Assembly: GCA_963848295.1 (NCBI GenBank)
Contig: CAWKDB010000010.1
Location: forward strand, 640,001 to 704,000
From: an uncultured delta proteobacterium
Lineage (GTDB): Bacteria; Myxococcota_A; Polyangia; Haliangiales; Haliangiaceae
Length of the DNA stretch: 64,000 bases
Reading direction: 5' to 3'
The translations under genes and the position numbers were made by a program. This document shows, in pieces, positions 1 through 9,954 of the stretch (positions are counted from its first letter, which is position 1; each line of letters opens with the position of its first letter). A model generated the notes under the pieces. The model made no database searches, was not told the origin of the DNA, and saw only the letters and a list, made by a program, of their open reading frames with translations.

Positions 1-244
1 CGGTGAACACCGGATCCGGTCCATCGTCGAAGGTCAGCGCGACGATCGGCTCGGCGGTCTCGAGCCGGCTGACGACCGGCGCGAAGAACTGACTGCTCGG
101 ATACGCGATCGCGTAGGTCAGAAACCCGATCGCGGCGAGCGCGACGGCGACCGCACCGAGCACGCCCCAGCGACCCGGCAACACCCACAGCAGCGTCAGC
201 GCGGCGCCGATCGCGAGCGCTTTTATGACCAACGCTTTCAGCAC
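1..244 (-). CDS. Polysaccharide deacetylase family protein (N-terminal part; runs off window edge)
   Basis: Manual translation from GTG 244: two hydrophobic segments then ...EPIVALTFDDGPDPVFT (NodB/CE4 motif TFDDGP). Confidence 0.85.
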   Translation of the reverse strand, partial: MLKALVIKALAIGAALTLLWVLPGRWGVLGAVAVALAAIGFLTYAIAYPSSQFFAPVVSRLETAEPIVALTFDDGPDPVFT

Positions 245-251
245 CGACCGC

Positions 252-1475
252 TCATATCGCGGAGACGACGAGACTCGTATTGATGCCGCCGAACGCGAAC
301 TTGTTGCACAGGATCCGGTTCAGCTTCGCCGACCGCGCCTCGCCCCTGACGTAGTCGAGCGGCGCGCACTGCTTGTCGACGTGCTCGAGGTTGCGGGTCG
401 GCGCGATCCATCCCTCGCGCAACATCGCGATCGACAGCGCGAGCTCGATGCCGCCGCACGCGCCGAGCGTGTGGCCGAGGTGGCCCTTGAGCGAGCTCAC
501 CGGCGCGCGATCGCCGAACAGCTTGTACGTTGCCTGGCTCTCGACGATGTCGCCGATCGTCGTGCCGGTCGCGTGCGCGTTGACGTAGTCGATCGTCTCC
601 GGGCCGCACTGCGCGGACTTCAACGCGGCCACCATCGCGCCGTGCATGCCGTCCGCCGACGGGTTCGTGACGTGCGTGCCGTCGCAGTTCGTGCCGAACC
701 CGGTGATCTCGGCGTAGATGTGCTTGCCCAGCCGCTTCGCGCGCTCGTACTCCTCGAGCACGAGCGTGCCGGCGCCCTCGCCGATCACGAGGCCGTCGCG
801 ACGCTGATCGAACGGCCGCGGCGTGAGCTCGGGCGTCGCGTTGAACGCCTTGCTCGCGGCGTGCAGCATGTCGAACACGCCGACGTGGCTGAAGTGTAGC
901 TCTTCGGAGCCGCCGCACACCATGACGTCGGCGAGCCCGACGCCGATCGTCTCGTAGCCCTGGCCGAGCGCCTGGGTCGCGCTGACGCAAGCCGCCGACG
1001 TGCACAACACCCGACCGTGGACGCCGAAATAGATCGCGAGGTTCGCCGCGGTCGTGTGGCTCATGAACTTGAGATAGAGCGTCGCGGACATCCCGAGGAA
1101 GCTGCGCTGCGCCACGAGCTTCTTGACCCAGTCTTCGTTCGCCTGCGACGAGCCGTGCGTGCTGCCGTAGGCCAGGCCGATCGTGCCATCGGCGAACTCG
1201 TCGGCGGTGAGGCCCGCGTCGTCGACCGCGATCTTCGTCGCGACCGCCGCGAGCTGAGCGACCCGGCCCATCGTGCGCGCCGCCTTGTGCGGGATCTCGA
1301 GCGCGGTCGGAATCGCGACGGGTGCCGCGACGCGCGGCGCGAAGTGACCGATGCCGTCCCACTCGGGCATCGCCTTGATGCCGTGGTCGTTCGCGCGCAG
1401 CCGCGCCGCGGCCTGGGTCAGGTCACAGCCCAACGGGCTCGCAATGCCGATTCCGGTGACGACGACCCGCCTCAT
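252..1475 (-). CDS. Beta-ketoacyl-ACP synthase (FabF/ApeR-like)
   Basis: MRRVVVTGIG start, TSAACVSA catalytic Cys, NAHATGT, KGHLGHTLG, FAFGG. Confidence 0.93.
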   Translation of the reverse strand: MRRVVVTGIGIASPLGCDLTQAAARLRANDHGIKAMPEWDGIGHFAPRVAAPVAIPTALEIPHKAARTMGRVAQLAAVATKIAVDDAGLTADEFADGTIGLAYGSTHGSSQANEDWVKKLVAQRSFLGMSATLYLKFMSHTTAANLAIYFGVHGRVLCTSAACVSATQALGQGYETIGVGLADVMVCGGSEELHFSHVGVFDMLHAASKAFNATPELTPRPFDQRRDGLVIGEGAGTLVLEEYERAKRLGKHIYAEITGFGTNCDGTHVTNPSADGMHGAMVAALKSAQCGPETIDYVNAHATGTTIGDIVESQATYKLFGDRAPVSSLKGHLGHTLGACGGIELALSIAMLREGWIAPTRNLEHVDKQCAPLDYVRGEARSAKLNRILCNKFAFGGINTSLVVSAI

Positions 1476-1477
1476 CG

Positions 1478-2197
1478 TTAGAGTCCTCCTGCGATCGATA
1501 ACACCTGGCCGGTCATATACGCTGATTTGTCGTCGACGAGATAGGCGACGAGGTCGGCGACTTCTTGGGCCGTCCCCATCCGCTTCATCGGGATGTGCTT
1601 GAGGATCTCTTCGATCGGCGAGCCCGCGACCATCTCGGTGTCGATCAGGCCGGGAGCCACCGCGTTCACCGTGATGTTTCGGCTCGCGAGCTCGATCGCC
1701 AACGCCTTGGTCGCGCCGATCAGCCCCGCCTTCGCCGCCGAATAGTTCACTTGCCCGCGATTGCCGTGGACGCCGGAGAAGCTCGCCATGTTGATGATCC
1801 GGCCCCAGCGCCTGCGCACCATCGGCATGATCAGAGGTTGCGTCACGTGGAAGAACCCGTCGAGCGACGTGTCGATCACGCTGTGCCACGCGTCACGCGA
1901 GATGGCGGGAAACGGCGCGTCGGCGACGACGCCGGCGTTGTTGACCACGATGTGGATCTCGGTCTCGGCGAGCAGCTGCTCGATCGCGGCCTTGGCCTCT
2001 TCGCCGTCCTTGACGTCGAACTGGGAGACCCAGATCTTGCCGCCGAGCGCGCGCAGCTCGGACGCGAGCGCATCGGCCGCGGCGCGCTGGTGCACGCACG
2101 TCAGGACCAGATCGAGCTGTTGGGTCGCGAGCGTGCGCGCGATCGCCGCGCCGATGCCGCGGCTCGCTCCGGTGATCAGCGCGACCTTGCGGGTCAC
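1478..2197 (-). CDS. fabG: 3-oxoacyl-ACP reductase (FabG/ApeQ-like SDR)
   Basis: TGASRGIG, VNNAG, YSAAK; GTG start overlaps upstream stop (GTGA). Confidence 0.93.
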   Translation of the reverse strand: MTRKVALITGASRGIGAAIARTLATQQLDLVLTCVHQRAAADALASELRALGGKIWVSQFDVKDGEEAKAAIEQLLAETEIHIVVNNAGVVADAPFPAISRDAWHSVIDTSLDGFFHVTQPLIMPMVRRRWGRIINMASFSGVHGNRGQVNYSAAKAGLIGATKALAIELASRNITVNAVAPGLIDTEMVAGSPIEEILKHIPMKRMGTAQEVADLVAYLVDDKSAYMTGQVLSIAGGL

Positions 2198-2658
2198 CGC
2201 GCGGCCTCTGCGAGCTGGGCTTGCACCTCGGCGAGCGTCGCGTCGACCACGGATAGGTGAATCGTCGCGCACAGCGCGTCGCGGCGGTGCACGGTGCCCA
2301 CGAACGCCGCGAGCTGGGTCTGGCCGAACACCTTGTTGACCGTGATCACGAGGTCGTCGCCGACCGCGAAGCTGTCGATGTCGAACGCGACCTCGCGGCA
2401 GCCAATGATCAGGCCGAGCTTCGGCGGGTTGCCCGCGCGCGAGGCACGGACGCCGACCGCGATCGCGCAGACCTGCGCGACGAGCTCGATCATCGCGCTC
2501 GGATGAACCTGGCCGTCGATCGCGAACACGCAGTCGGGGTGGATCGTCGTCCGGCACACGATGCGATCGCCGACCATCTCGACGACCTCGTCGATCAACA
2601 GCATCGGCGGGCGATGCGGCAGGTAGTCGGCGACCGGACCGAACGAGGCGGCGGTCAT
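2194..2658 (-). CDS. Hot-dog fold 3-hydroxyacyl-ACP dehydratase (ApeP/FabZ-like)
   Basis: LPHRPPMLLIDEV and IELVAQ motifs; cluster context. Confidence 0.85.
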   Translation of the reverse strand: MTAASFGPVADYLPHRPPMLLIDEVVEMVGDRIVCRTTIHPDCVFAIDGQVHPSAMIELVAQVCAIAVGVRASRAGNPPKLGLIIGCREVAFDIDSFAVGDDLVITVNKVFGQTQLAAFVGTVHRRDALCATIHLSVVDATLAEVQAQLAEAAR

Positions 2659-3437
2659 CCGCGCCCGCCTTCACCGAACCGCAGCTCGAGCACCGCGCCG
2701 GGTTGGATCCGGCCCAGCGGGATCGTCGCGGCGCGGTCGGTCGCGATCGCGTCGACGATGGACGCGAGCGTCGCGAGCGTATCGATCTCCACGTCGTCGG
2801 TCGCCGGTGCGACGACGAGCTCGATGCGTGGACCGGGGCCTGCTGGCGACAGCACGAACGCCGCGGCGACGCCGACCGGCTGCGTCGGCCCGCGAAACAC
2901 CGCCGGCACCGGCTCGTCGGCGATGCTGAGCAACACGCGGCCTCCATCGAGTGCGGTCAGCGCGGCCTCGAGCCAGCCGGCGGCGATCGCGTTGCTGCCG
3001 GTGACCGTCGTCGTCGGTGCGCTATCGCCGAGCGCGACCGAGTACACACCCGATGGCGTGTTGTGCACGCTGAGCGCGAACCGCGCCGAGCTGACGTGCT
3101 GCGAGTCGCGAAAGTCCGCGATCAGGTTTTCGGCGGTCTCGATCTCGCCGTGGCAGGTCGCGAACACCGCCGCGGCGGCGCCGGTCGGCTGGACCGCACC
3201 GCACACCTCGAGGTGCATCTGAGTGACCAGGCTCGTGAAGCGCCGCGCCCGGGCCACCACGAGCGGGAACGTCGGCGCGGTGCGCTCGCGCACGCGCCCG
3301 GCCAGGACGTCCTGCGCCGACGCGTGATGCGTCGAGAACAAGCTCGAGCTCGCGATGTAGACCGAGCCGATCGATCGAACCGCACTGCCATTCGGCGGCG
3401 CTGCTGACCGAGCACGGGTCCCGGTCATCGCGGTCAC
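2655..3437 (-). CDS. Beta-ketoacyl synthase chain-length factor (ApeC-like)
   Basis: RARRFT, VFATCHGE, SARFALSVHNTPSG; no catalytic Cys/His motif; coupled to the KS gene. Confidence 0.85.
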   Translation of the reverse strand: MTAMTGTRARSAAPPNGSAVRSIGSVYIASSSLFSTHHASAQDVLAGRVRERTAPTFPLVVARARRFTSLVTQMHLEVCGAVQPTGAAAAVFATCHGEIETAENLIADFRDSQHVSSARFALSVHNTPSGVYSVALGDSAPTTTVTGSNAIAAGWLEAALTALDGGRVLLSIADEPVPAVFRGPTQPVGVAAAFVLSPAGPGPRIELVVAPATDDVEIDTLATLASIVDAIATDRAATIPLGRIQPGAVLELRFGEGGRG

Positions 3438-4627
3438 GATCGCCTCGCCGTCGGCGCCGACACGACCACGCTCGCGTTGCTGCCGCCGAAGCCGAACGCG
3501 TTGACCAGCACGTGGTGGAGCCGCGCAGCGGTGCGCGTGTCGACGACCGCCATGCCGAGCGTGTCGTCGACCGGGGCGAGCCGCAGCGTCGCGGGAATCT
3601 CCTGGCGCCGCAGTGACTCGATCGCGAGCACGAGCGCGGTCAACCCGGCCGAGCCGAGCGTGTGCCCGGTCAGGCTCTTCGTCGCGGTCAGCGGCACGCG
3701 GCGCTCGAACACCCGGGTCACCGCGGCCGCTTCGGCCGCATCGTTGAGCTTCGTGCCCGTGCCGTGCGCGCTGACGTAGTCGATCTCGTTCGGCGTGAGG
3801 CCCGCGCGATCGAGCGCCTGGCGCATGCACAGCTGGCCGCCGAGCCCTTCCGGATGCGGGCTCGTGTGATGAAACGCGTCCGACGCCGCGCCGATCCCCG
3901 ACACGCGAGCGATCGCCCGCCGCGCGGTCGCTTCGTTCTCGCGCTCGATCACGACATACGCCGAGCCCTCGCCGAGCGTGAGGCCGGCGCGATCGCGCGC
4001 GAACGGCCGAGTCGCGGTCGGCGCGGTCAAGCCGAGGCTATGGAAGCCGAACACCGTCGTCCGGCACAGCGAATCGGCGCTGCCGACCACGACCGCGTCG
4101 GCGAGCCCGCGCTCGATCAACCGCGCCGCCGAGGCCAGCGCCTTGAAGCTCGACGAGCACGCGGTCGAGATCGCCATCGCGATGCCGGTCACCCCGAGGT
4201 AGTCCGCGATCGCGGCGGAGGTCGCGTCGATCGCGTGATCGGCGTAGCGATATTCGCTCCCCGAGATCGCGAGCCGCGGATCCGGTGCGAGCGTGCGCTC
4301 GGTCTCTTCGAGCCCACCGGTCGAGCTCGCGAACACGTACGCGACTCGGCTCGCGCCCCAGCGCTCGACCGCCGCGCGCGCCGCCGGGCGGAGCTGGGCG
4401 ACCGACGCGAACGCGACCGCCGCCTGGCGCGTCGGCGTGCAGGAGAGTCGATGCTCGACCGGCGACGCCGGCATGACGCCGAGCACCGTCGCGAACGGGA
4501 ACGCGTGAAGCTCGGCCGCCGGAGAGAACGCATCGGCGCCGCTGAACGCGCGCTCGAACGCGGTCGCGTTGTCCATGCCAAGGCAATTCGCGATCGCCGC
4601 GCCGGTAATCGGATAGCCCGCGGTCAC
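3434..4627 (-). CDS. Beta-ketoacyl-ACP synthase (ApeO-like KS)
   Basis: STACSSS, HHTSPHPEG, HGTGTKLND, KSLTGHTLG, NAFGFGG; C-terminal part of the 1209-aa ORF, real start GTG 4627. Confidence 0.92.
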   Translation of the reverse strand: MTAGYPITGAAIANCLGMDNATAFERAFSGADAFSPAAELHAFPFATVLGVMPASPVEHRLSCTPTRQAAVAFASVAQLRPAARAAVERWGASRVAYVFASSTGGLEETERTLAPDPRLAISGSEYRYADHAIDATSAAIADYLGVTGIAMAISTACSSSFKALASAARLIERGLADAVVVGSADSLCRTTVFGFHSLGLTAPTATRPFARDRAGLTLGEGSAYVVIERENEATARRAIARVSGIGAASDAFHHTSPHPEGLGGQLCMRQALDRAGLTPNEIDYVSAHGTGTKLNDAAEAAAVTRVFERRVPLTATKSLTGHTLGSAGLTALVLAIESLRRQEIPATLRLAPVDDTLGMAVVDTRTAARLHHVLVNAFGFGGSNASVVVSAPTARRS

Positions 4628-5877
4628 GAGCGGCCTGCGGCGTTGGCCGGTCGGCACAGCTCCGCTAGCGCCGCGAGTCGGCGCCGCGACTGCGGCCCGT
4701 TGTAAGGGTTCTTGGGATCCCAGACGTAGCCGCCGAGCACCGAGCAGATCATGCGGTAGATCTCCGGCGACTTGTTCGGATGGAAGATCACGTCCTGAAA
4801 CGTGGCGTCGTACCAAGCGCGGACGAAGGTGCGGAACGTCTCGACGCCGAACATCAGCGGCTCGGAGAAGTCGCGCTGCCAATCGACGGCCTCGCCCTTG
4901 AACCGACGATCGAGCGTCTCGGCGGCGAGCTTCGCCGACTGCAGCGCGATCGTGACGCCCGACGAGAACACAGGATCGAGGAACTCGGCGGCGTTGCCGA
5001 GCAGCGCGAACCCCGGGCCGTGCAGGGTCGAGACGTTTGCCGCGAACCCCGCGATCTCGGCGACCGGCCGGATCATCTCCGCATGCTTCAACAGCTCGCG
5101 CAGCTTTGGCTCGGCTCGAACCAGCCCCCACAGCCGTTCCTCGTCGCTGCCCGTACCTGGCTTGAAATGGTCGGGTGGCGCGACGATGCCGAGCGAGCAC
5201 GTGCCATTCGCGAACGGAATCAACCACGACCAGACATCGCGCCGGGCCGGGGCGATGCCGACGCGGATCTTCTGGCGGTCGAACGCGCCGGACACGATGC
5301 GGTCGCGAACGTGCGTGAACCGCGCCGCACGGACCGGAAAGTCCGACGGCTTCTCGAGATCGAGCAGGCGCGCCAACGTCCGGCCAAAGCCGCTGGCATC
5401 GAGCACGAACTTCGGGCGATGGATCTCGACCTCGCCGCCCTCGGTCCTCGACGTGACGATCGGCCGCTCGCCGGTGACGTCGACCGCGGTGATCGCCACG
5501 CCGTGACGCACGGTCGCGCCGAACCGTTGCGCTTCGCTCGCCAAGATTTGATCGAACTCGGCGCGCGCGACCTGGAACGTGAAGCCGAGGCCGGGGCTGA
5601 TCTTCGCGCCGAAGTTGAACTCGGCGTGCTGATCCTCGAAGTCGAACGCGGCACCGTTCTTGTACTGAAAGCCGCCCGCGATGACCGCGTCGAGCATGCC
5701 GGCCTCGAGCAGGAGCTGCGCGCCGTACGCGAGCAAGCTCTCGCCGATCGAGAACCGCGGAAACAACTGGCGCTCGAGGACCAGCACATGATAGCCGCGC
5801 TGCGCGAGCAACGCCGCCGCCATCGAGCCCGACGGACCTGCGCCGATGACCAGCACATCTGGAGCAACAACAGCCAT
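4624..5877 (-). CDS. FAD-dependent oxidoreductase, flavin-dependent halogenase family
   Basis: GAGPSG, FPRFSIGES, GFQYKNG (FxxKxG Lys), WSWLIPF (WxWxIP), FLDPVFSSGV. Confidence 0.88.
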   Translation of the reverse strand: MAVVAPDVLVIGAGPSGSMAAALLAQRGYHVLVLERQLFPRFSIGESLLAYGAQLLLEAGMLDAVIAGGFQYKNGAAFDFEDQHAEFNFGAKISPGLGFTFQVARAEFDQILASEAQRFGATVRHGVAITAVDVTGERPIVTSRTEGGEVEIHRPKFVLDASGFGRTLARLLDLEKPSDFPVRAARFTHVRDRIVSGAFDRQKIRVGIAPARRDVWSWLIPFANGTCSLGIVAPPDHFKPGTGSDEERLWGLVRAEPKLRELLKHAEMIRPVAEIAGFAANVSTLHGPGFALLGNAAEFLDPVFSSGVTIALQSAKLAAETLDRRFKGEAVDWQRDFSEPLMFGVETFRTFVRAWYDATFQDVIFHPNKSPEIYRMICSVLGGYVWDPKNPYNGPQSRRRLAALAELCRPANAAGRS

Positions 5878-5883
5878 GAGGCT

Positions 5884-6477
5884 CTAGTCTTCCGACGAGC
5901 CGTTCGCTGCGGCGGCTTCGGCCGGTGCTAGTGCATGCGCGAAGTCTTCGTCGTCGAGCAGCTGCGAAGTGGCGTCCTCGAGCGCGCTCGATAGCGCCTC
6001 GTTGAAGTTCTCCGGGCTGTGGGTGTGGCCGAACTTGTGGCTCGTCCCGAGGTAGGTCTTGGACCACACCGGATCGTTCGGACCGCGATGCACGAGCACG
6101 TGCAGCCGCGCGGTGCCGCGGAACATGTTGCCCTCGACGACCTTGAACTCGGTGAGCTCGGTCGCCACGCCCATCACCGGCGGATCGCGCAGCCGCGCGC
6201 CGGCGTTCTCGAGCATCTCGCCGACCCGCGTGCTCGCGAAGTGGCCGACGTTGTCTTTCGTCCGGACGACGAACCCGCTGTCCTCGTACGTCCCGATCGC
6301 GGACGGATCGGGCCGGAGGTCGCGCAGCTCGAAGGTGATCGGCGTGGCCGCGAGGGCCTGTGCGACCTCCGAGCTTGGATGGGGCGAATCGTCCCCGCGC
6401 CACGACAGAGGAAGGTTCTCGATTTGACCTGCGCCGCACGCGGAGGCCACGACTAGTGCGATTGGGAAGAGCCGCAT
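5884..6477 (-). CDS. Putative lipoprotein (YajG-like)
   Basis: Signal peptide MRLFPIALVVASAC with lipobox-like Cys; DLRPD motif. Confidence 0.6.
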   Translation of the reverse strand: MRLFPIALVVASACGAGQIENLPLSWRGDDSPHPSSEVAQALAATPITFELRDLRPDPSAIGTYEDSGFVVRTKDNVGHFASTRVGEMLENAGARLRDPPVMGVATELTEFKVVEGNMFRGTARLHVLVHRGPNDPVWSKTYLGTSHKFGHTHSPENFNEALSSALEDATSQLLDDEDFAHALAPAEAAAANGSSED

Positions 6478-6531
6478 AGTGGCCAACCCATACCACACGT
6501 TGTTGGATTTGAACGGGTTTTTTGAAGCTCG

Positions 6532-7203
6532 TCAGTTCGCGTCGGCGACCATCCGCCGCACCGCCTCGACCGCCCACGCGCGATCGATCCGCAGCTCGTC
6601 GTTTGCCGGGCCGGCGCGCTCTCTTAGCTTGACGTAGGTCGACAGCGGGCTCGCGACCGCCTGCGGACCGCTCGGATCGCCGGCCGGGACCTGCGCCCCG
6701 GCAGCACTGCCGAATGGCAGTGCGGGTGGATCGAATCGCAGCCAGCGGAGGACCTCCTCGTCGCGATCGACCGCCGCGAATAGCAGCACGCGATCCAGGT
6801 CGGGCTCGGCGAGCGACGCCAGCAACAGAACCTTCGTCATCTCCACCGCCCAATCGTCGAGCCCGGCATCGAACACCTTGACCTTCTCGACGAGCGCGTT
6901 GAGCGACGGCACGACCCGGCGGATTCCGGACGCGCCGACCGACCGGATCAGCTCGGCCGCCCGTTCCATCTCCGCATCGTCGCCCGGGCAGACCTGGCAC
7001 AGGAAGCCGTCGGCGAGATACAGCACGGTCGCGGCGAGCTGGACGCGGTTGCCGCATCCGCACGTCATCAGGTTGAGCTCACCGGCCAGCAGTCTTTGCT
7101 TGTCGCTGCCCGCGGTGCGGCCGTCGATGCTCTGCACGAGCCTGCAGTCGTGCTCGACGCCGCAGTCCGGGCAGCTCACTCGGATCGTTCCGACGATGCT
7201 CAC
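6532..7203 (-). CDS. CpXC domain-containing protein
   Basis: N-terminal CPDCG...LLAGELNLMTCGCG pattern. Confidence 0.75.
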   Translation of the reverse strand: MSIVGTIRVSCPDCGVEHDCRLVQSIDGRTAGSDKQRLLAGELNLMTCGCGNRVQLAATVLYLADGFLCQVCPGDDAEMERAAELIRSVGASGIRRVVPSLNALVEKVKVFDAGLDDWAVEMTKVLLLASLAEPDLDRVLLFAAVDRDEEVLRWLRFDPPALPFGSAAGAQVPAGDPSGPQAVASPLSTYVKLRERAGPANDELRIDRAWAVEAVRRMVADAN

Positions 7204-7222
7204 GAACGCGGAGCGTAGCGCG

Positions 7223-8731
7223 TCAGCCCGGCGAGAAGCCGAACGGGAACTTCACGTTCGACAGCGAGCCCCGTGCCGGGAACCTCAGCAGCCGGATGTT
7301 GCGCTGCACGCAGCTCTCGACCGCGTCACTATGCAGCGTGCTGCCCGCGCCGATCCTCGCGCTCGTCACGACGCCCTCGCCGTCGATCTGGAAGTGCACG
7401 ATCAGCTTGCCGGCGAGACTCTCGTTGCGTTGCAGCTCTCGCGTGTAGCAAACGCGGATCAGGCCCCTACCTGCGTTCACGACCTTGGCGATCTCTCCTT
7501 TGGTCAGGACGCCGTCGGTGTCGCTCGGGCCGTCGATCTTGACGACCGGGATCGGGCCGATCGGGCCACCCGCGCAGTGCGCGCCCTTGCACTCCGGGGC
7601 TTTGCGTTGCGGCACGAGGGTGACCGGGCCATGGCTCGTCACCGGACCCTTCGGCCCGGGGCCACCGGTCTTCGTGCATAGCTGACCGGGAAAGCACTCA
7701 CCCTGGCCTTTGCCGTTGTGCTTGCCGGTGCCGTCGCCGTGACTCGGGCCGAGGCCGCTGAACTGGCCGAGATCGAGACCGCGACCGAGCATGCGATCGA
7801 GCTGGGTGCGATTGTGCGGATCGAGCATTCCGACCGCCGGCCCGGCAGGCGTCGGCGATTCGGTCGGCAGACCGGCGGGGTGCGGTCGTCCGCCGCCCGG
7901 CCTGGTGCCCGGCGAGACCGTCGTGATCGCGGTCGGGTTGGGCGCGATCGTCGTGGTCGTCGCTATAGTCGACGCGCTCGTCGCGACCTTCGGCTCGATC
8001 ACCTGCTGCTGCGGCTCGAGGCGCGTCACCAGATAATTGCCGGTGAGCGAGCGCGTGCCCGGCCACGCGAACGCATTCGACCCGTCGTAGAGCGAATAAA
8101 CCATGAACAGCAGCGCGGCATGGGCGAGCGCCGAGAACACGATCGACGCCTGCGACTCGCCATCCTGGTTGATGATCCACCGCATCAAACCACCGAGTGC
8201 GATCGCGGCGGTCGCGAGCGCGGCCCCGCGTGCGATCGCCTCGCCGACGTCGACGCCCTTGATCGCCCACATCGCGGCGAGGCCGACGCACGACACCGCC
8301 CAGCCGATCGCGCCCGCCATCATCACGTTCTTCGTGAGGAACGGTCGCTCGTCCTCGACCGGAACGAACTGGAAGAACAACTTGTGAACGCCGGTCTCGT
8401 CGAGATCGATCACGCCCCAGTCGCGACCGCTGATCGGCGTCGCCCAGAATCCTCCTTGACCGGAATCGCCGGCGCGCTTCATCAGGTCGCGAACGTCTTG
8501 TTGCTGACCGTCGATGCAGATCGTGCCGCGCATCCGCTCGCTCAGGGTCAGCAGGAACCCGCGATTCCCCGGCTGGACGATCGCGAACTCCGGTGGCAAC
8601 CCGAGCTCCGGCACGACGAACGTCGGTCTCCCGGACGCCCCGATCGTGATCCGCTTCGGATTCTTGAGGACGACGTCATCCATCACCTCGTCGTTCCAGA
8701 TCAACGCAGTACGGAGCGCGACTGTGGTCAT
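7223..8731 (-). CDS. AgmX/PglI (GltG-like) membrane protein with C-terminal TonB-C-like domain
   Basis: N-terminal beta-rich domain, TM helices, Pro/Gly linker, C-terminal IRVCYTRELQRNESLAGKLIVHFQI...CV...LRFP...FPFGF; purine-rich RBS before ATG 8731. Confidence 0.8.
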   Translation of the reverse strand: MTTVALRTALIWNDEVMDDVVLKNPKRITIGASGRPTFVVPELGLPPEFAIVQPGNRGFLLTLSERMRGTICIDGQQQDVRDLMKRAGDSGQGGFWATPISGRDWGVIDLDETGVHKLFFQFVPVEDERPFLTKNVMMAGAIGWAVSCVGLAAMWAIKGVDVGEAIARGAALATAAIALGGLMRWIINQDGESQASIVFSALAHAALLFMVYSLYDGSNAFAWPGTRSLTGNYLVTRLEPQQQVIEPKVATSASTIATTTTIAPNPTAITTVSPGTRPGGGRPHPAGLPTESPTPAGPAVGMLDPHNRTQLDRMLGRGLDLGQFSGLGPSHGDGTGKHNGKGQGECFPGQLCTKTGGPGPKGPVTSHGPVTLVPQRKAPECKGAHCAGGPIGPIPVVKIDGPSDTDGVLTKGEIAKVVNAGRGLIRVCYTRELQRNESLAGKLIVHFQIDGEGVVTSARIGAGSTLHSDAVESCVQRNIRLLRFPARGSLSNVKFPFGFSPG

Positions 8732-8745
8732 AGAACCCCCTCGCG

Positions 8746-8773
8746 TTCGACCACGGGCACCGGTTCCGGTTCC
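8746..8773 (-). promoter_or_regulatory. Candidate ECF-sigma promoter (GGAACC-N16-GTCGAA)
   Basis: Minus strand GGAACC ggaaccggtgcccgtg GTCGAA, 15 nt upstream of ATG 8731. Confidence 0.4.
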
Positions 8774-8831
8774 CGAAAAAAACGCCCGCGATCGACGACG
8801 ACACGTGCTGTGCGCACGCACACCGCCACAC

Positions 8832-9923
8832 TCAGGAACCAAGGCAGTCGTCGATAGCTGCGTGAAACCACGCGATCGGCGTCTCGAGCGCGCCGAACAG
8901 CAGCTCGTCGGTACTGCCCGCGGCGATCCCGCGCTGGACCTGTTCGCACACCCAGAGATCCTCGCGCTGGAACACCGCGTCTTCGATCAGCGCCCAGCTG
9001 CGGCCCCAGTGCTCGGCCTCGGCACGCCGCGCCGCCGGCACGAGCATCACGTGCTCGTACTCGGTGACGTCCGGCGCGACCGGATGCAGGGTGATCAGCG
9101 AAACGAAATCCGGGTGAACGATCACGACGGTCGCCGGGAAGATCAGGAACGACGGCGTGGCGAGCTCGCGCACGTTCGAGGTCGTCGCGTCGCGCAGGGC
9201 GCGGCGTGCGGTCGCAGCGCGAATATGGCGACCGACCGGCTCGGCGACCGACGCGGCATCGATGAAGAACCGATAGATCGAATCGCGGTGCAAGACCCGG
9301 ATGTGGTAGCCGTCGAGAAACGCCTCGACCACGAGCTTCCAGTTGCAGCGCCGCGTGACGCGCGCGGTGCGAAACGCGACATGCTGATCGAGATCGAGCG
9401 CGGCGAGATCCGCGTCGAGCCCGCCGAGATAGCCCGCGATGTCGGAGCCGAGCCAGATCAAGCCGTGGCGCTCGGCGACGGGTAGCTCGCGTAGGCCGCG
9501 GTCGTCGAGCCGGCCGGGGAACGCGTCGGCATGCGGCGCGTGCAGTAGCGCGCCCGTGAGGTCGTAGGTCCAGCCGTGATACGGGCAGACCAGCGCTTTC
9601 CGCGAGCATGGCCCGTGATCGACGAGCCGGGTCGCGCGATGCCGGCACGCGTTGTGGAATGCGTGGGCGCGCCCGTCGGCGTCGCGGGTGAACAGCAGCG
9701 CCATGCCGGCGGTGTCGATCGGCGCGCAGCTCCCGGGCTCGGCGATCGCGGAGCTCGCGGCGACCGCACGTGGCATCGCAAACAACGCCGCGCGTTCGCG
9801 GGCGAGCCACGGGTCCGATCGATAGCGATCCGCCGCGATCGTGAACGGTGGTGGCGCCGGTGGCGGCTCGGTGAGCTCGCGGCGGAGCCGAGCGATCAGG
9901 CGGTCACCTGCGGCGGCTTGCAT
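8832..9923 (-). CDS. Rieske non-heme iron oxygenase alpha subunit
   Basis: CRHRAT...CPYHGW Rieske motif; NWKLVVEAFLDGYHIRVLH iron site; EDLWVCEQVQRG. Confidence 0.92.
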   Translation of the reverse strand: MQAAAGDRLIARLRRELTEPPPAPPPFTIAADRYRSDPWLARERAALFAMPRAVAASSAIAEPGSCAPIDTAGMALLFTRDADGRAHAFHNACRHRATRLVDHGPCSRKALVCPYHGWTYDLTGALLHAPHADAFPGRLDDRGLRELPVAERHGLIWLGSDIAGYLGGLDADLAALDLDQHVAFRTARVTRRCNWKLVVEAFLDGYHIRVLHRDSIYRFFIDAASVAEPVGRHIRAATARRALRDATTSNVRELATPSFLIFPATVVIVHPDFVSLITLHPVAPDVTEYEHVMLVPAARRAEAEHWGRSWALIEDAVFQREDLWVCEQVQRGIAAGSTDELLFGALETPIAWFHAAIDDCLGS

Positions 9924-9932
9924 CTAATTCGT

Positions 9933-9954
9933 ATACGAGATAATTATCTCGTAT
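9933..9954. promoter_or_regulatory. Perfect 22-bp palindrome, probable MarR operator
   Basis: ATACGAGATAATTATCTCGTAT in the 29-bp gap between divergent Rieske and MarR genes. Confidence 0.8.

Noticed and set aside
3434..7063. 1209-aa ORF as a giant PKS-like protein
   Set aside because: Only the last 397 aa are a KS. The upstream part is an Arg-rich off-frame read-through over three real genes.
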